DNA from: Octopus vulgaris
Lineage: Eukaryota
DNA length: 64,000 nucleotides
Direction of reading: 5' to 3'
Assembly (NCBI GenBank): GCA_951406725.2
Contig: OX597837.1
Span: forward strand, 46,252,001-46,316,000
Under the pieces are notes generated by a model. The model made no database searches, was not told where the DNA came from, and was given only the letters and a program-made list of their open reading frames with translations. The position numbers and the translations under genes are program-made. Of the stretch, positions 15,086-27,740 are shown one piece after another. How positions within the stretch are numbered: the first letter of the stretch is position 1; each line of letters begins with the position of its first letter.

Positions 15086-15151
<66 letters not shown>

Positions 15152-15188
15152 TGATAATGACAAGTAGTATTAATATTAAAAAACAATG

Positions 15189-15275
<87 letters not shown>

Positions 15276-15318
15276 GCGTGTATATATATACATATATATA
15301 TGTGTATATATGTATATA

Positions 15319-15361
<43 letters not shown>

Positions 15362-15599
15362 TGTATATATGTATATATATATATAGCCAGGACTCAGAAC
15401 TGAATCTACATTTTTCTACGACTTCCTTTCCTATTGTTCTTGACTTTTGCACTTAGAAATTTCGGGGAGTCAACTTTCACTGGTAAGGGCCGTTTCAATT
15501 AAAATTTTTCAATTATTTTTCTTATGCCATTTATTTGGTACATATAAATCATCACATGTGTGTGTGTGTTTGTGTATGTGCCCACGCACACACACATAC

Positions 15600-15636
<37 letters not shown>

Positions 15637-15659
15637 AAGACATAGCACAATGCTGAATA

Positions 15660-16240
15660 GTGGTGAGAAGTAATGATATCAAGGAGGTAAAGGAGTATGT
15701 TTATTTAGGGCACACAATGAACATGTGCTGAGATATGGATGCTGAAATCTCAAAGGAAATAAGGATAGGAGAAAAGGCGTTTAACCGAATAAAGGATGTG
15801 TGCCAAACGAAGAGAGACAATGCCATATTTACCAGACTCTTCAATGGCACCATCCTTTTATATGCAAAAGGAGACATGGGCTACTGCAAAGAGGATATAA
15901 TGTTTGTTGGCTGTGACACACAGAGCCATGGAAAGATCTGTGCTTAGAAGACCATTATGGGGGCATATTGAAAATGTGATAGCTGAAGAATGAAACAGAG
16001 TGAGCAATGTGATGAGAGAGTACTGAAAGCACAAGTTCCACTGGGCCAGACATGCCCCAAGGTTCAACAGGAGGATCCATGCAGTTGCTGAGTGGTATCC
16101 AAGAGATTGGAAAAGTCCCCTTGGAAGACCTCCATCATGATGGGAAGATGATCTGGTTAAGTAGTTTATGTCAAGATGGAAGAGAATGGTGCAATCAAGA
16201 TAGGAATTGTAAGTGCATTGTGACCAGTGGTGTATGACAC
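15660..16240 (+). mobile_element. RTE-type LINE 3' fragment (decayed RT C-terminus)
   Basis: EVKEYVYLG...DAEISKEIRIG..AF; HWARH...WYPRDWK.PLGRPP..WEDDL across frameshifts and stops. Confidence 0.7.
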
Positions 16241-16591
16241 AGCATCTAGTGATCTCGTCGATACTATACTGTACTATATATATATATGTAATAAAAGCAG
16301 ATGATGGATGGGTTATTTGGCATTGCTATTAAAACGTTTGTTTTGTTAAGAATCTTTATTGTGAGATAAGCATAGTACAGTGATGTATGGAGTATGCACA
16401 TCCGTAAAATTATGAAATATGTGCAGGAGTGGCTGTGTGGTAAGTAGCTTGCTTACCAACCACATGCTTCCAGGTTCGTTCCCATTGTGTGGCACCTTGG
16501 GCATATGTCTTCTACTATAGCTTCGGGCCCAAAGCCCTGTGAGTGGATTTGGAAGACAGAAACTGAAAGAAGCCTGTCGTATATATGTATG

Positions 16592-16632
<41 letters not shown>

Positions 16633-16952
16633 GTTTGTGTGTGTGTGTGTGTGTATGTATGTGTGGGTGTGTTTGTGTTTGTGTTTGTCCCCCCCAACAT
16701 CGCTTGACAACCAATGTTGGTGTGTTTACGTCCCCGTAACTTAGCAGTTCGGCAAAAAGAGACCAATAGAATATGTACTGGCTTCCAAAGTATATGTCCT
16801 GGGGGTCGATTTGCTCGACTAAAGGCACTGCTCCAGCAAGGCCACAGTCAAATGACTGAAACAAAAGAGCATGTCATGCAACTCTCAGCTCGTCAGGCAA
16901 CCTCATGAACAAACGAGAAGTGAGATTTTAATTAATCAACAGCTCATCATAC

Positions 16953-17170
16953 AGGTGGCGAGCTGGCAGAATCGTTAGCACGCCGGGCGAAATGCGTAGC
17001 CGTATTTCATCTGTTGTTACGTTGTGAGTTCAAATTCCGCCGAGGTCGACTTAGCCTTTCATCCTTTCGGGGTCGATTAAATAAGTACCAGTTACGCATT
17101 GGGGTCAATATAATCGACTTAATCCATTTGTCCCCTCTGAGTTTAGCCCCTTGTGGGTAGTAAAGAAATA
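16953..17170 (+). mobile_element. tRNA-derived SINE family B (representative copy)
   Basis: GGTGGCGAGCTGGCAGAATCGTTAGC...GAGTTCAAATTCCGCCGAGGTCGAC...; dozens of copies in the window, usually with (ATT)n tails. Confidence 0.85.
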
Positions 17171-17377
17171 GGTTGTATGTCTGTGTGCACATATGTATGT
17201 GTGAGTGTGTGTGTGAGTGTGTGTGTGAATGTGTGTGTGTGAGTGTGTATAAATGTGTGTGCATGTATGTGTCGAAAGGCATAGTCATGCAATCATTAAG
17301 GCATTTAACGGTTAGACAAATGCAATCGTTCTCTATAACAAGAAGAACAATACATTTCCGCAATCCGATATACTTAC

Positions 17378-17500
17378 CAAAGCATGAGACCTGGTCAGCT
17401 GCCATCCTGAATCCCTGCGGACAACTACAACGGAAGGAACCAGGAAGGTTCTCACATTCATAGGAACACCGTTTGTAAATTCCATTACATTCATCAATAT
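17378..17500 (-). CDS. FBLN1: Fibulin exon: cbEGF
   Basis: gtttcag|AT ATT ... TTT G|gtaagt; DIDECNGIYKRCSYECENLPGSFRCSCPQGFRMAADQVSCF. Confidence 0.93.
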
Positions 17501-17776
17501 CTGAAACAAGGAAGAGCAGCAATTACCAAAATAGCTTCTGTTGTTATTATTATTATTATTTTTTTTTTTTCCTAAGATGGCAAGCAAGCAAAATCGTTAT
17601 GGCTTAGCAGTATTTCTTTCAGCTCTTTAAATTCTGAGTTCAAATTCTGCCAAGGTCCATTTTGCCCTTTATCCTTTCAGGGTTAGATAAAAAAAAAATA
17701 GCAGGGTGCATGAAATTGACTTATTCCCTCCCCTAAAATTATTGGTCATGTGTCAAAAGTTGAAACCATTTTATAA

Positions 17777-17831
<55 letters not shown>

Positions 17832-18024
17832 CAAGTGAGAGAGCAGTGCATGCCATCAAAGTGACACTGGGGTAAAATATACGAAGCCCAGTTTACCTTT
17901 TTTCAGACATATGATGATGGATCACCAAGTAGAAAAAAAAACGAATTAATTTATCTGATAACTCCATAGTTTGCACTAAAATGGTTCCCAAATCTTAGTC
18001 TATGGTATAAAGAAATTTACAAAC

Positions 18025-18144
18025 CTTGGCAAGTCCTTTTGTCAGGGTTCAGTTTGAAGCCCGGTCGACAGTTACAGCGGAAAGATCCCTGTGTGTTGGA
18101 ACAGTAGTGTTCACATTGGCCTCCGTTTTCACATTCATTAATAT
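18025..18144 (-). CDS. FBLN1: Fibulin exon: cbEGF
   Basis: cgcatag|AT ATT ... CAA G|gtttgt; [40 protein letters not shown]. Confidence 0.93.
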
Positions 18145-18679
18145 CTATGCGAAATTGAGGGAAAAAAGAAAACAGAAGCAATATTATTTTGATGGTATCA
18201 GACATTGTTTACTCAATTTTGTGTTCAGCTATTTGTCCGTTGTAATAACTTGTTAAATCTTTGGTGGGAGAAGGAATGTATTTAATCCTTTAAACTGTAA
18301 AATTAAATTTTGTTATTATCTGCCAAAAAATCTCAACAGAAGATAGTTTCAAATGTGACCTTCCCCAACAAAAGATACATTGGTTTACAAAACTACTTTC
18401 CACAGTTAAGGGTCCTTAAAATCCTTAAATCCTTAAAAATGTTTTAGCCCAAAGGCCGTGGCCATGCTGGGGCACCACCGCTGGAAAATGAAGTTTTGAG
18501 TGGAAATACCTGCTTTCTGCAGTAAAATGGTTAATGTTCACATATCAGGTTGAAATACCTGTGTATATGATATGTATGCAAATGTGAAATGGTATTAGCT
18601 CTCAGGGTGTCTTTCTATGAATTATAAGATTTAGTACATAGATGTTAAGGATCGTGGAAGACACTTAACCATTTAGTAC

Positions 18680-18837
18680 CAATCTCAGTTTTCCAGTATG
18701 ATCTAACCTCATGTCAATTCCAATTTCTCCAACATATTTCTTGAACTTGGTTGTTAGTGCTCCGAGTGTCCCTACGACTACTGGTATGACAGCTACTCTC
18801 TTTATTGCCCACATTCATGCAATTTTGCCTTTTAGTA

Positions 18838-18927
<90 letters not shown>

Positions 18928-19140
18928 GATGACACTTAGTATGCGGTATCGTGAGATTGTTGTTTGAAGGTATTGTCTCCTGGGGGCTTTGTACTATTTG
19001 TCAAGTCACAATAAGGATCTCAGACAGACAGTACTTTGCGCAACATGCACGAAGCTCCAAGTAATGTCCATTTTTGCAATACACCTAGATTGCGGGTTAT
19101 TTCTAAAGTCTCCAGATGTTTCTTCAGGTTCTGAAAACTT
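18680..19140 (-). mobile_element. R4/Dong-type LINE 3' end fragments
   Basis: LQKWTLLGASCMLRKVLSV and VIPVVVGTLG motifs typical of RLE C-termini. Confidence 0.55.
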
Positions 19141-19381
19141 TTATTATTATCATTATTATCATTATAATTATTTTTAAAGAATAAAATATTTTGAATGACA
19201 TGACAATGCACATAATACAAACAATACAAGCAATGGAACTGTTGTAATTTCATCATCCATAGTCTGATATGATATTTCAGAATAAAATTCCTTCTTCAGT
19301 TATCCCTAGGAATTGATGGAGTCACTGCTGTAATCGGTTTTATAATTTTCATTTTCATTTGTAGTGGTGGTGGTGCCTTAC

Positions 19382-19510
19382 CTCTGCAGTGTCGACTGCC
19401 AGAATGCATTTCATATCCTTGTTTACATTCACATTTAAAGCTGCCCAGGGTGTTGATGCAGATAGAGTTTCTGGAGCAATATCTATGTTCTCTGTTACAT
19501 TCGTTGATGT
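19382..19510 (-). CDS. FBLN1: Fibulin exon: cbEGF
   Basis: attgcag|AC ATC ... AGA G|gtaagg; DINECNREHRYCSRNSICINTLGSFKCECKQGYEMHSGSRHCR. Confidence 0.93.
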
Positions 19511-20229
19511 CTGCAATAGGAAGGAATACATTGAATTTAGTTTGTTTGTTAGTATAAGGTACAGGCATAGCTGTTGTAGTTAAGAACACCACTCTGCAAC
19601 AAACTGGTTCTGGTCGGAGAGGGAGTGACAATTAAGATAACTGACATAAAAAAAATTAGAGAGTATTGCTCCAGTATAGCCACAGTTCAGTGACTGAAAT
19701 CAGTAAAAATGGGGCGAGACTGTGTGGTAAGAAGTTTGCTTCCCAACCACAGGGTTCTGGGTTCAGTTCCACTGCATGGCAGCTTGGGCAATTGTCTTCA
19801 ACTATAGCTTCAGGCCAACCAAAGCCTTGTGAGTAGATTTGGTTGATGGAAACTGAAAGAAGACTGTTGTATATATATATATATATATGTATATATATCT
19901 GTGTGTGTCTTTGTGTCTGTGTTTCTCTCCCTCCACCGTTTGATAACCAGTGTTAAAGTACTTAGACACCTTTGATGAGAACCACAGTGGTTTAGCAGAC
20001 TAAGACAAATGCAGTGACCAGCAAGTGGTACATTGAAGTGGCCTTCACAGGGAATTGCCTTAAAGGGCTGGAGTGCTTTACCTACCCTGAATTTGCCAGA
20101 AGGGTATCAAAGGGGGTATTGGAGCACCTGAGGGAGTCCACTCTTTAGTTTTCTGTTGAGGTTGACTCTTGCAGTCTTTTCCTTTCCCTAGGCACTCGCA
20201 AGGCAGTAAGGCTCTGCCCAAATGAGCAT

Positions 20230-20455
20230 TAACCCTTTAATATTTAACCAGTCATATCTGGCCAAAATATCCCACCTGTTTTAGGTATTATACCAGTCAG
20301 ATCCAGTCTCTCACACCTACCCTAAATATCTTTCTAAAAATAAGTAATCACATTATTGAAATTTCAAAGTTACAAGATAATGCATGATAATTCAAAGTAA
20401 TGTGAATAAAGATGCCTTATATTTCACAGAGTAATCTGAATGCTAAAGAATTAAA
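20230..20455. mobile_element. piggyBac-type MITE (about 210-250 bp); other copies at about 10953-11161, 13800-14012, 36958-37211
   Basis: TTAA|CCCTTT...AAAGGG|TTAA-like ends and a shared internal sequence (gtagggtaggtgtgagaggctggatctgg) in four copies. Confidence 0.6.
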
Positions 20456-20570
20456 TAAATTTGAAAGATCAAACTGGCCACAACAAAATAATAAAAATAA
20501 AAATATTACAAATAAAATTGTTCACAATTAGATTCAATGTAAAAAAGAAAAAGCAAAAAGCTATGTAAAC

Positions 20571-20696
20571 CTTCACAATATCCAGATGCAAGTTTTATGA
20601 AACCAGTTTTACAGTCACAAGTAAAGCTGCCTGGAGTGTTCCGGCACATTTGGTTGTGACGGCACGTGTGGTTGCCTGCACTGCATTCATCAATGT
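20571..20696 (-). CDS. FBLN1: Fibulin exon: cbEGF
   Basis: ttttcag|AC ATT ... GAA G|gtttac; [42 protein letters not shown]. Confidence 0.92.
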
Positions 20697-20859
20697 CTGA
20701 AAAGAAAAAACAAAAAGAATTGGTTCATTAACTCTTTGAATATGTTGTCTACAATGATGATGATGTATATTAATGATTATATACATTATATACAACACTG
20801 GTAAATGAAGCTGGGATTGCTTTATATACAAATAAATACGATAAATGCTCATGCAGAGA

Positions 20860-21830
20860 AAAATCAAAATGTCCTTTGATGCATCACTGTATGAGTACAA
20901 AGTTTGTGTATAAATGTACCGTGCACACAAGAGGAGGGCTGTATGTTTACATTGGGCAGATGGCTGATTCATTTAAGAATGATTATCGTAACAATGTTGC
21001 CAGCTTTAAGGCAATCAAAAAGAGACATTCAACATCTTTGGCAGATTTTGTATGGCGACTGAAGGAGGATAAAATGAAGTACAAAATTAATTGATCCATA
21101 ATAAGGCACGCAAAACCATACAATATAATTTCCAGGAAATGCTGTCTCTGCTCCAAGGAATCCCTGTCTGTTCTATGGACTAACGAGAAGATCATTAATA
21201 GAATTTCTGAACGACTCCCGAGATGCCTAGATGCATATAAGTGTACTTTCGCACAATGCAGTGGGAGTGAATTTTGAGTAACCGTTAACATAATTTAATT
21301 TAATTTATTTTAAGGTGTGGATGACTTAAGTTTACTTTTAACCTCCCCGTTCTTACAAACACCAAGTAGATAGGTAATTCGCTTCGTGATCATGAGTGCA
21401 CTAAAAACCTCACGTTTGCGTATGCTCACATTTCTGCGGATGCTTGTATGCACCCTGCAGCTTACCCGAGGGTGGTGTTAATACATCCATATTTGTTAAC
21501 GGTTATCTTTAATACTTCTCTCATTCGATTGCATGTTCGTTTCTCTTTTTTTTTCATTTGTGATTTTATTTTTGATCTTCTTTATAAATGAAGATATTTC
21601 CTCCGCCTGGCTGCTTTTCTTTCTACAAAATGAGAAGTTACATTGCGGAATTGTTATTCTAACGAGTTGCATCTATTCATCAATAACGAGATACATCTGC
21701 ACTGCCGGATACCCCTGAACCAGTTGTTGAGTGTCCCACCCATCAGGGATCGATGCTAAATGTGCTGAAACAATTGTTGTGATTAATAAATTCTAATATA
21801 TTCCATCTTCCAAATTTCATTTCATTTGCC
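20860..21830 (+). mobile_element. Penelope-like retroelement remnant (GIY-YIG endonuclease C-terminus plus terminal region), intronic and antisense to fibulin
   Basis: VYKC...YVYIGQ...FK...ASF...STSLADFVWRLK...(stop)...CCLCSKE...INRISE..PRC matches the PLE GIY-YIG pattern. A decayed hammerhead at about 21677-21783 is homologous to 45758-45857. Confidence 0.75.
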
Positions 21831-22084
21831 ATATATGTGTGTGTGTGTGTGTATAGATGAGAAGTGGTTAGGAGTTTATGCAAATCAAAAATTATAGTTA
21901 CAAAAAGTAAATGAAGTTGGAAAAAGCAGAGAAGTATATTTTGTATGAGTTCTTAATTAAGTTTTTGCTTTTGACTAAAACGAAACTTCATTAAGAACTC
22001 TAATTTGGGTATAAACTGTTCAACCCCTGGAAAAGAGTATTTTTTTCTCTCTGATTCACACCAAAATTCTTTCTAATATTTCTA

Positions 22085-22500
22085 ATATTTGATGAGATGG
22101 ACACATCGGAACTGGTTATATTTTATTACCCATCTAACACCTTTTCAAACTCCACCCGTCTAACACCCGTGGACATATTTACAAAGTCAGAAAACAGCAC
22201 AGCTCCTTCCATGACTTATGGAAACATTTTTTCACGCTGAGAGTTGCTGAAGCATGGAACAAACTGCCGGCATCAGTTGTTAGTTGACGGAGCACTGCAT
22301 CCTTCAAAACTTCCATGCTTTCTGAGATTCGCCAACACTACACCTGATTTTCTCCCCTCCATACACACACAAGCATGTATCTGACTCATACACTGTTCGC
22401 TTTCCAGACATTTGTACAGTACTGCATATGCTTTATATGCACTTTCTGACAAGTTGTGGTGCACCTGAGCACTGTATACAATAATTTCATTATTATTATT
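22085..22500 (+). mobile_element. CR1/L2-type LINE 3' end
   Basis: FFTLRVAEAWNKLPASVV terminal motif followed by a 3' UTR and (ATT)n tail. Confidence 0.65.
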
Positions 22501-23032
22501 ATAATATACTTCTGTACCTTTTCCGACTTCATTTCGTTTTTCTAAGTATTTATATGTGTGTGTGTGCATATATTTACATATATACATACAAACATACATA
22601 TATATATATATATATAGGTGTGTTGAAACAATTGTCATGGTTAATAAAAATACTCATATATACCATCTTTTGTTTTTCCTTCACCATTATACATATATAT
22701 ATATACATACATATATCCCCTACACCAAAAAATCCAGAACTACTTACCTCCCTTACAAATATTCTTTTTACTCGGGAACTATTAAGACCTGGCACCGTTC
22801 ATTAACCCGGTTCATTCAAAGTGATGAATTGTTTGACGAAACCGTCGGTATGCATGAATCTCTTTAATTATCTCATAATAATGACTTTCATTACTTTTAT
22901 TCCTACCTCAGTTCATCTAAATGTATATATCTGTCGTTACCTTTCATAAAAAGCCTTTTCTTTTTTATTTGCATTTTCGTTTATTTTTCTTACATTTCCA
23001 CGTGGAGTTTCTATTTTCTTTTTGTAACATAT

Positions 23033-23086
<54 letters not shown>

Positions 23087-23590
23087 CGGAGGATTAAGGT
23101 CCCTGGTAGTGCATATGTTTACATCAGTGATTTTCAACCAGGGTTCCGCCTGTACAGTGCAGGGGTTCCGCAAGAAGTTACAAAACTGCTAAAATCGGCA
23201 GTAATTTTTAATTCTCCTGTGCAGATATGTGTGCATAAGACTATTAAATTATTGCACAGGGGTTCCTCGAGCCAGTGGAATGGTTCCTTGGGGTTCAACT
23301 CCAGCAAAAAGTTTGAAAAGCACTGGTTTACATTTATGTACACGCGTACACACACACACATTTAAAGCAGGAGAGTTTTTCTGTCCTTATTACAACACCA
23401 TCAATAATGCAATCTCAGATGTGTCTCTTTGGCAATTTCCGATATATTACGTGATAATCGTTTCCTAAATACTTGTATAATACAAAAACCCAAAAAACTG
23501 GAGGACAAATATTTAAATGAATAAGATTTTTACATGTAGGGTTTCCTATGCCTTCAAAACTGCATAGAATTAAAGAAACTGAAGGAATAC

Positions 23591-23731
23591 CTCGACAACG
23601 AGTCGCTGCGGCATCGTACCACAATCCCACTCCGCAGTCTATTGTGTTGCTGCAATAATAAGACCCAGGAGTGTTATGGCACACTTGGTGGAGCCTGCAC
23701 GTGTCCATACGTTGAGTGCATTCGTTGATAT
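23591..23731 (-). CDS. FBLN1: Fibulin exon: cbEGF
   Basis: tttgtag|AT ATC ... CGA G|gtattc; DINECTQRMDTCRLHQVCHNTPGSYYCSNTIDCGVGLWYDAAATRCR. Confidence 0.92.
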
Positions 23732-23944
23732 CTACAAAGGAAAATTGTTTGATGAAATAAAAAAGCATAAAATAAAAACGGAATTAAACAACAACAATTT
23801 TGTTTTAAATAAACAATATTTCAAAATTTGAGTTGTAGATATTGTTTAACCCCGAGTCAGCCTGACTGAGCAGACCTCGGCTGAAAAGTGTTCAAAGCCA
23901 TGATCATTCCATTTTGCCTCAGGTATAGTATAAATATATATATA

Positions 23945-24029
23945 CTTTATTTAAAAGCAGCAGAAATTCAACAAAACCTGTTACTCCGTGTAACAGGTTT
24001 TGTTGAATTTCTGCTGCTATTAAATAAAG
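23945..24029. repeat. Fold-back inverted repeat, 40-bp arms
   Basis: CTTTATTTAA.AGCAGCAGAAATTCAACAAAACCTGTTAC-tccgt-GTAACAGGTTTTGTTGAATTTCTGCTGCT.TTAAATAAAG. Confidence 0.92.
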
Positions 24030-24201
24030 CATATTACTCTACCACTGGTATTTGAGTACTCTTTTTTCCACCTTGTTTCACATTTATGTGTTTACTCCGG
24101 TATATATATATATATATATATTTTGAAAAATTTGATTTAGTATTTCTAAATTGAATTTTTCCCTGTAAGTTAGGAATAATATTCCCTCAAATAATAATTA
24201 T

Positions 24202-24243
<42 letters not shown>

Positions 24244-25921
24244 TATGGTTGGGTTCCAACCTGGGCTGTAGCAGCAAAGTCCACGACACTTCTCAGTCCA
24301 ACATCATTGCCTTAAAATCCTGGATACATTCCAGGCCAGTGTCTGTGGTCAAGTTGTCGCTGTAAGTATGACAATGTTTTCCTCATCTTATATCACCAGG
24401 AAGCGGGTTCCACAAGGCTAATTCGGAGAGTTCCAGTTTCAGGGTGGCACATACAGGGACTGGACAGTCGCAGCCATCTTTGCCTGATCTTCTGGCTAAC
24501 TTTTGGCAGATCTCCATAAAGGAATTTGGACTGCATTGTTTAATACATCTTCTTGTTTTGTTTTTAATATCAAAGTGTAATGTGAGAGGTGATAGTGCAA
24601 GACCTAGTGGTTAGTGGGTTGCACTCACAATAGCAACCTCGTAATGGAGTGGCATCCCCTCCAGGGGCAATGTTGTGAACTCAGTCATTTATATAGCATA
24701 GAAACTGGGTAACTGGCTCTGGGATTCCAAGGATTTGGGATAGCAATGTCCAGAGTAATGTGAGGTGGGGGGGTTATTTGTCTGCTATTTCTAGCAGGAC
24801 GTGACCACAGAGTGGTTATGTCATTCACTAGTCAGGAAGTGTTGTGAAGGAAGGATGATGTGATGTAGTAATGCCATGAGGGGTTGTTTAGTGGAATGTG
24901 AAGATGTTTTGAGACATATGTAGTGTGATAGCAAGGATAATTGTTTTGTTGGCTAGCTCCAGCTGGCCTTAATCAAACAGACCTTTTTTACTGCTTAGTC
25001 AGAGAGGGAAGAGGAGCTCCCATGACTCCTTATTTTTTTGTTGGAATGTTGGAAAAAAAAGAGGAATTTCTCCTCAGACTGGAGACCTGGCCTTAATGCT
25101 TCCAACAGTCACAGCTGTTTGGTTAAGAAGCTGGCTTTGCAACTGAATGGTTTCAAGTTCAATTCCACAGCCATGCTTGTGCCGATACCCGTGTAAAATG
25201 ATACGCTAAGCTACGTCCCTTTATCTTTTACTCGCTTGAGTCATTAGACTGCGGCCATGCTGGGGCACTGCCTAAAAAAATTTTAATTGAATGAATTGAC
25301 CCCAGTATTATTTTTTTAAAGTCTGGTACTTATTCTATCAATCTTTTTTGTTGAACTGATAAGTTACAGGGACGTAAACACACCAACACTGGTTGTCAAA
25401 GTGGTGGTGGGGAACAAACACAGATACACACACACACACACACACACATGATGGGCTTCTTTCACTTTCTGTCTACCAAATCCACTCACAAGGCTTTGGT
25501 CAGCCCAAAGTTACAGCTGAAGACACTTGCCCTAAGTGCCATGCAGTGGGACTGAACCCTGGAACCATGTGGTTAGGAAGCAAGCTTCTTACCACACAGC
25601 CACACCAGAAATGACCAAAACTTGGTCTTTTAATAAGTAAAGATCAATAAACTAGATACCAGATGGAGATACATACTGGGGTCAATGTGGTCAAGTAAGA
25701 ATCTCTTCAAATCAATTTAAAAATAACCCCAGGTCAGCTCTGACCAGACTGATTTATGATCAAAGACATTCCAGCCATAGCAATTCCATCTTCTTTGTAT
25801 TTGATATTTCTAGGACCACATTATTCAGTGTGCCCCAGCATGGCCATGATCCAATAATTGAAGTGAGCAAAAGAGTAACACCACCCTGTGGACTAAAAAA
25901 ATACCATGTCATTATCCTCAC

Positions 25922-26119
25922 CAACGCAAATGTTATTTCGACGCCAAAATCCTTTTTCGCAATCCTGTCTTGGTGGACTTACACAAATTTTAGTTAGTTG
26001 GTTGAGAATGGTCCCTGGAGGGCAAATTAACTTCTTTTTCTCACAGCGGAAAGAACCTTGAATATTACGACACTTCATGTTGCCACAGTTGTGGACCTTA
26101 AGAGCACATTCATCGATAT
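25922..26119 (-). CDS. FBLN1: Fibulin exon: extended cbEGF (8 Cys)
   Basis: cttccag|AT ATC ... GTT G|gtgagg; DIDECALKVHNCGNMKCRNIQGSFRCEKKKLICPPGTILNQLTKICVSPPRQDCEKGFWRRNNICV. Confidence 0.9.
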
Positions 26120-27138
26120 CTGGAAGACAAGAGAGGAAAATTCAAATGAATGGAATGGTAATGATGGTGACGGTGCAGAGGAGAGGTTCCCAAGCAGGGT
26201 CTATGGGGTCCTTGGTGTTGCAGTGTTGGTGTTGGTATCATTTTGTGGGGTCCACGTAAGCAAAATAGCAAATTGGGTCCTCATTATTATTCTAAAGATC
26301 CATGAAAAAATTTTGCTTTCAGCATCATCATCATCATCATCATCATTGTTTAACGTCTGCTTTCCATGCTAGCATGGGTTGGACAATTTGACTGAGGACT
26401 AGCGAACCTGATGGCTGCACCAGGCTTCAATCTTGATCTGGCAGAGTTTCTGAGAGTGTAGTGGGTGCTTTTACGTGCCACCGGCATGGGGGCCAGTCAG
26501 GCGGTACTGGCAACGACCTTGCTCGAATCTTTTTACACATGCCAATGGCACAGGTGCCAGTAAGGCGATGCAGGTAACGATCACGCTCGAATGGTGCCTC
26601 CTACATGCCACCATTGCAAGGAACAGTTAAGTGTCTTTCTCTGACGTTTTGCATTGTTCAACTTACACAAGTTAATGGGGGAAAAGTAACACAGCAATTT
26701 TGAAAGGAGCATTAATGACTTATAGGGAGACTGTATTTCGTCATGCAACACTAATATACTCAAAAGTATATTAAACGTTTTTATAAGCCAATACCATGTT
26801 CTTCTGTGTTAGCAGGGCAATTTACATCACTTGTTAAGGTTGTTACTACATCATTGCTTTTTATGTGGCCCCTTGGCTCTAGGATATCACTTCTGTTGTG
26901 GTGGGTGGGTCTTCGTGAGTACAACAATGTGCCACATATCTCTTGGTGGTGGTGTGTTTTTGGTATTGGGTGTGGTGTTCATGTTGATGCTAGTGTTGTA
27001 GTTGGTATCATTGTTGGTGGTGGTGGTATTGGTTACAGTGTTTGTTGGTGGTTGTGGTGGTGGTGTAGATTTAATAAGAAAAGAAAAAAAACAATAAAGA
27101 AACTGCACAAGTCTAAACTGCTGATAAAGTCAACTCAC

Positions 27139-27276
27139 CTTTACATTGCTGGGTGGACTCGTCCAAGGTGTAACCAGTACCACAACCTAGAATACGACGA
27201 CAACTGTAGGAACCGACTGTGTTGGAACACTGCATCCCAGCGGGACAGGCGTCAGAAAGGGCACACTCATTAATGT
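27139..27276 (-). CDS. FBLN1: Fibulin exon: cbEGF
   Basis: gtttcag|AC ATT ... AAA G|gtgagt; DINECALSDACPAGMQCSNTVGSYSCRRILGCGTGYTLDESTQQCK. Confidence 0.92.
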
Positions 27277-27389
27277 CTGAAACAGAAGAAGAAGGACAGA
27301 TGTTAGTGCTGTTGTTGTTGGTGTTACTAGTGCTGCTGTTCCCACCACGACCACCACCACTACTACTACTAGTGCTGCTGCTGCACTCA

Positions 27390-27740
27390 TTTTGACAAGA
27401 TCAGGAACAAAGAGAGTCTCCGGCATGGTGGTCTGCTTCCTATGCTGGAAATCCTTATTTATTGGCATCTATGTTGGTTGGGACACGTTCCCAGGATGGA
27501 CAACAACGGACTCTCCGGACAAATCCTTCACTCCTCCCAACTATGCGAAGGGAAAAGAAACCATGGAAGACTGAGACTAAGATTCAAAGTAACTACAAAA
27601 AAAAAAAAAATTATGAAGTGGGAAGGAATTGATCCGAAATAAATGGCAAACTCAAATGGAAAACCGACCAGAGTGGAGGAACTTTGTCAGGTCAAACCAA
27701 AGCCATGAACAACCATAGCTGCAAAGACTGACTGCAAATA
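27390..27740 (+). mobile_element. RTE-type LINE 3' fragment
   Basis: LCWLGHVPRMD...QIL.SQL.EGKRNHGRLRLRFK. Confidence 0.65.
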
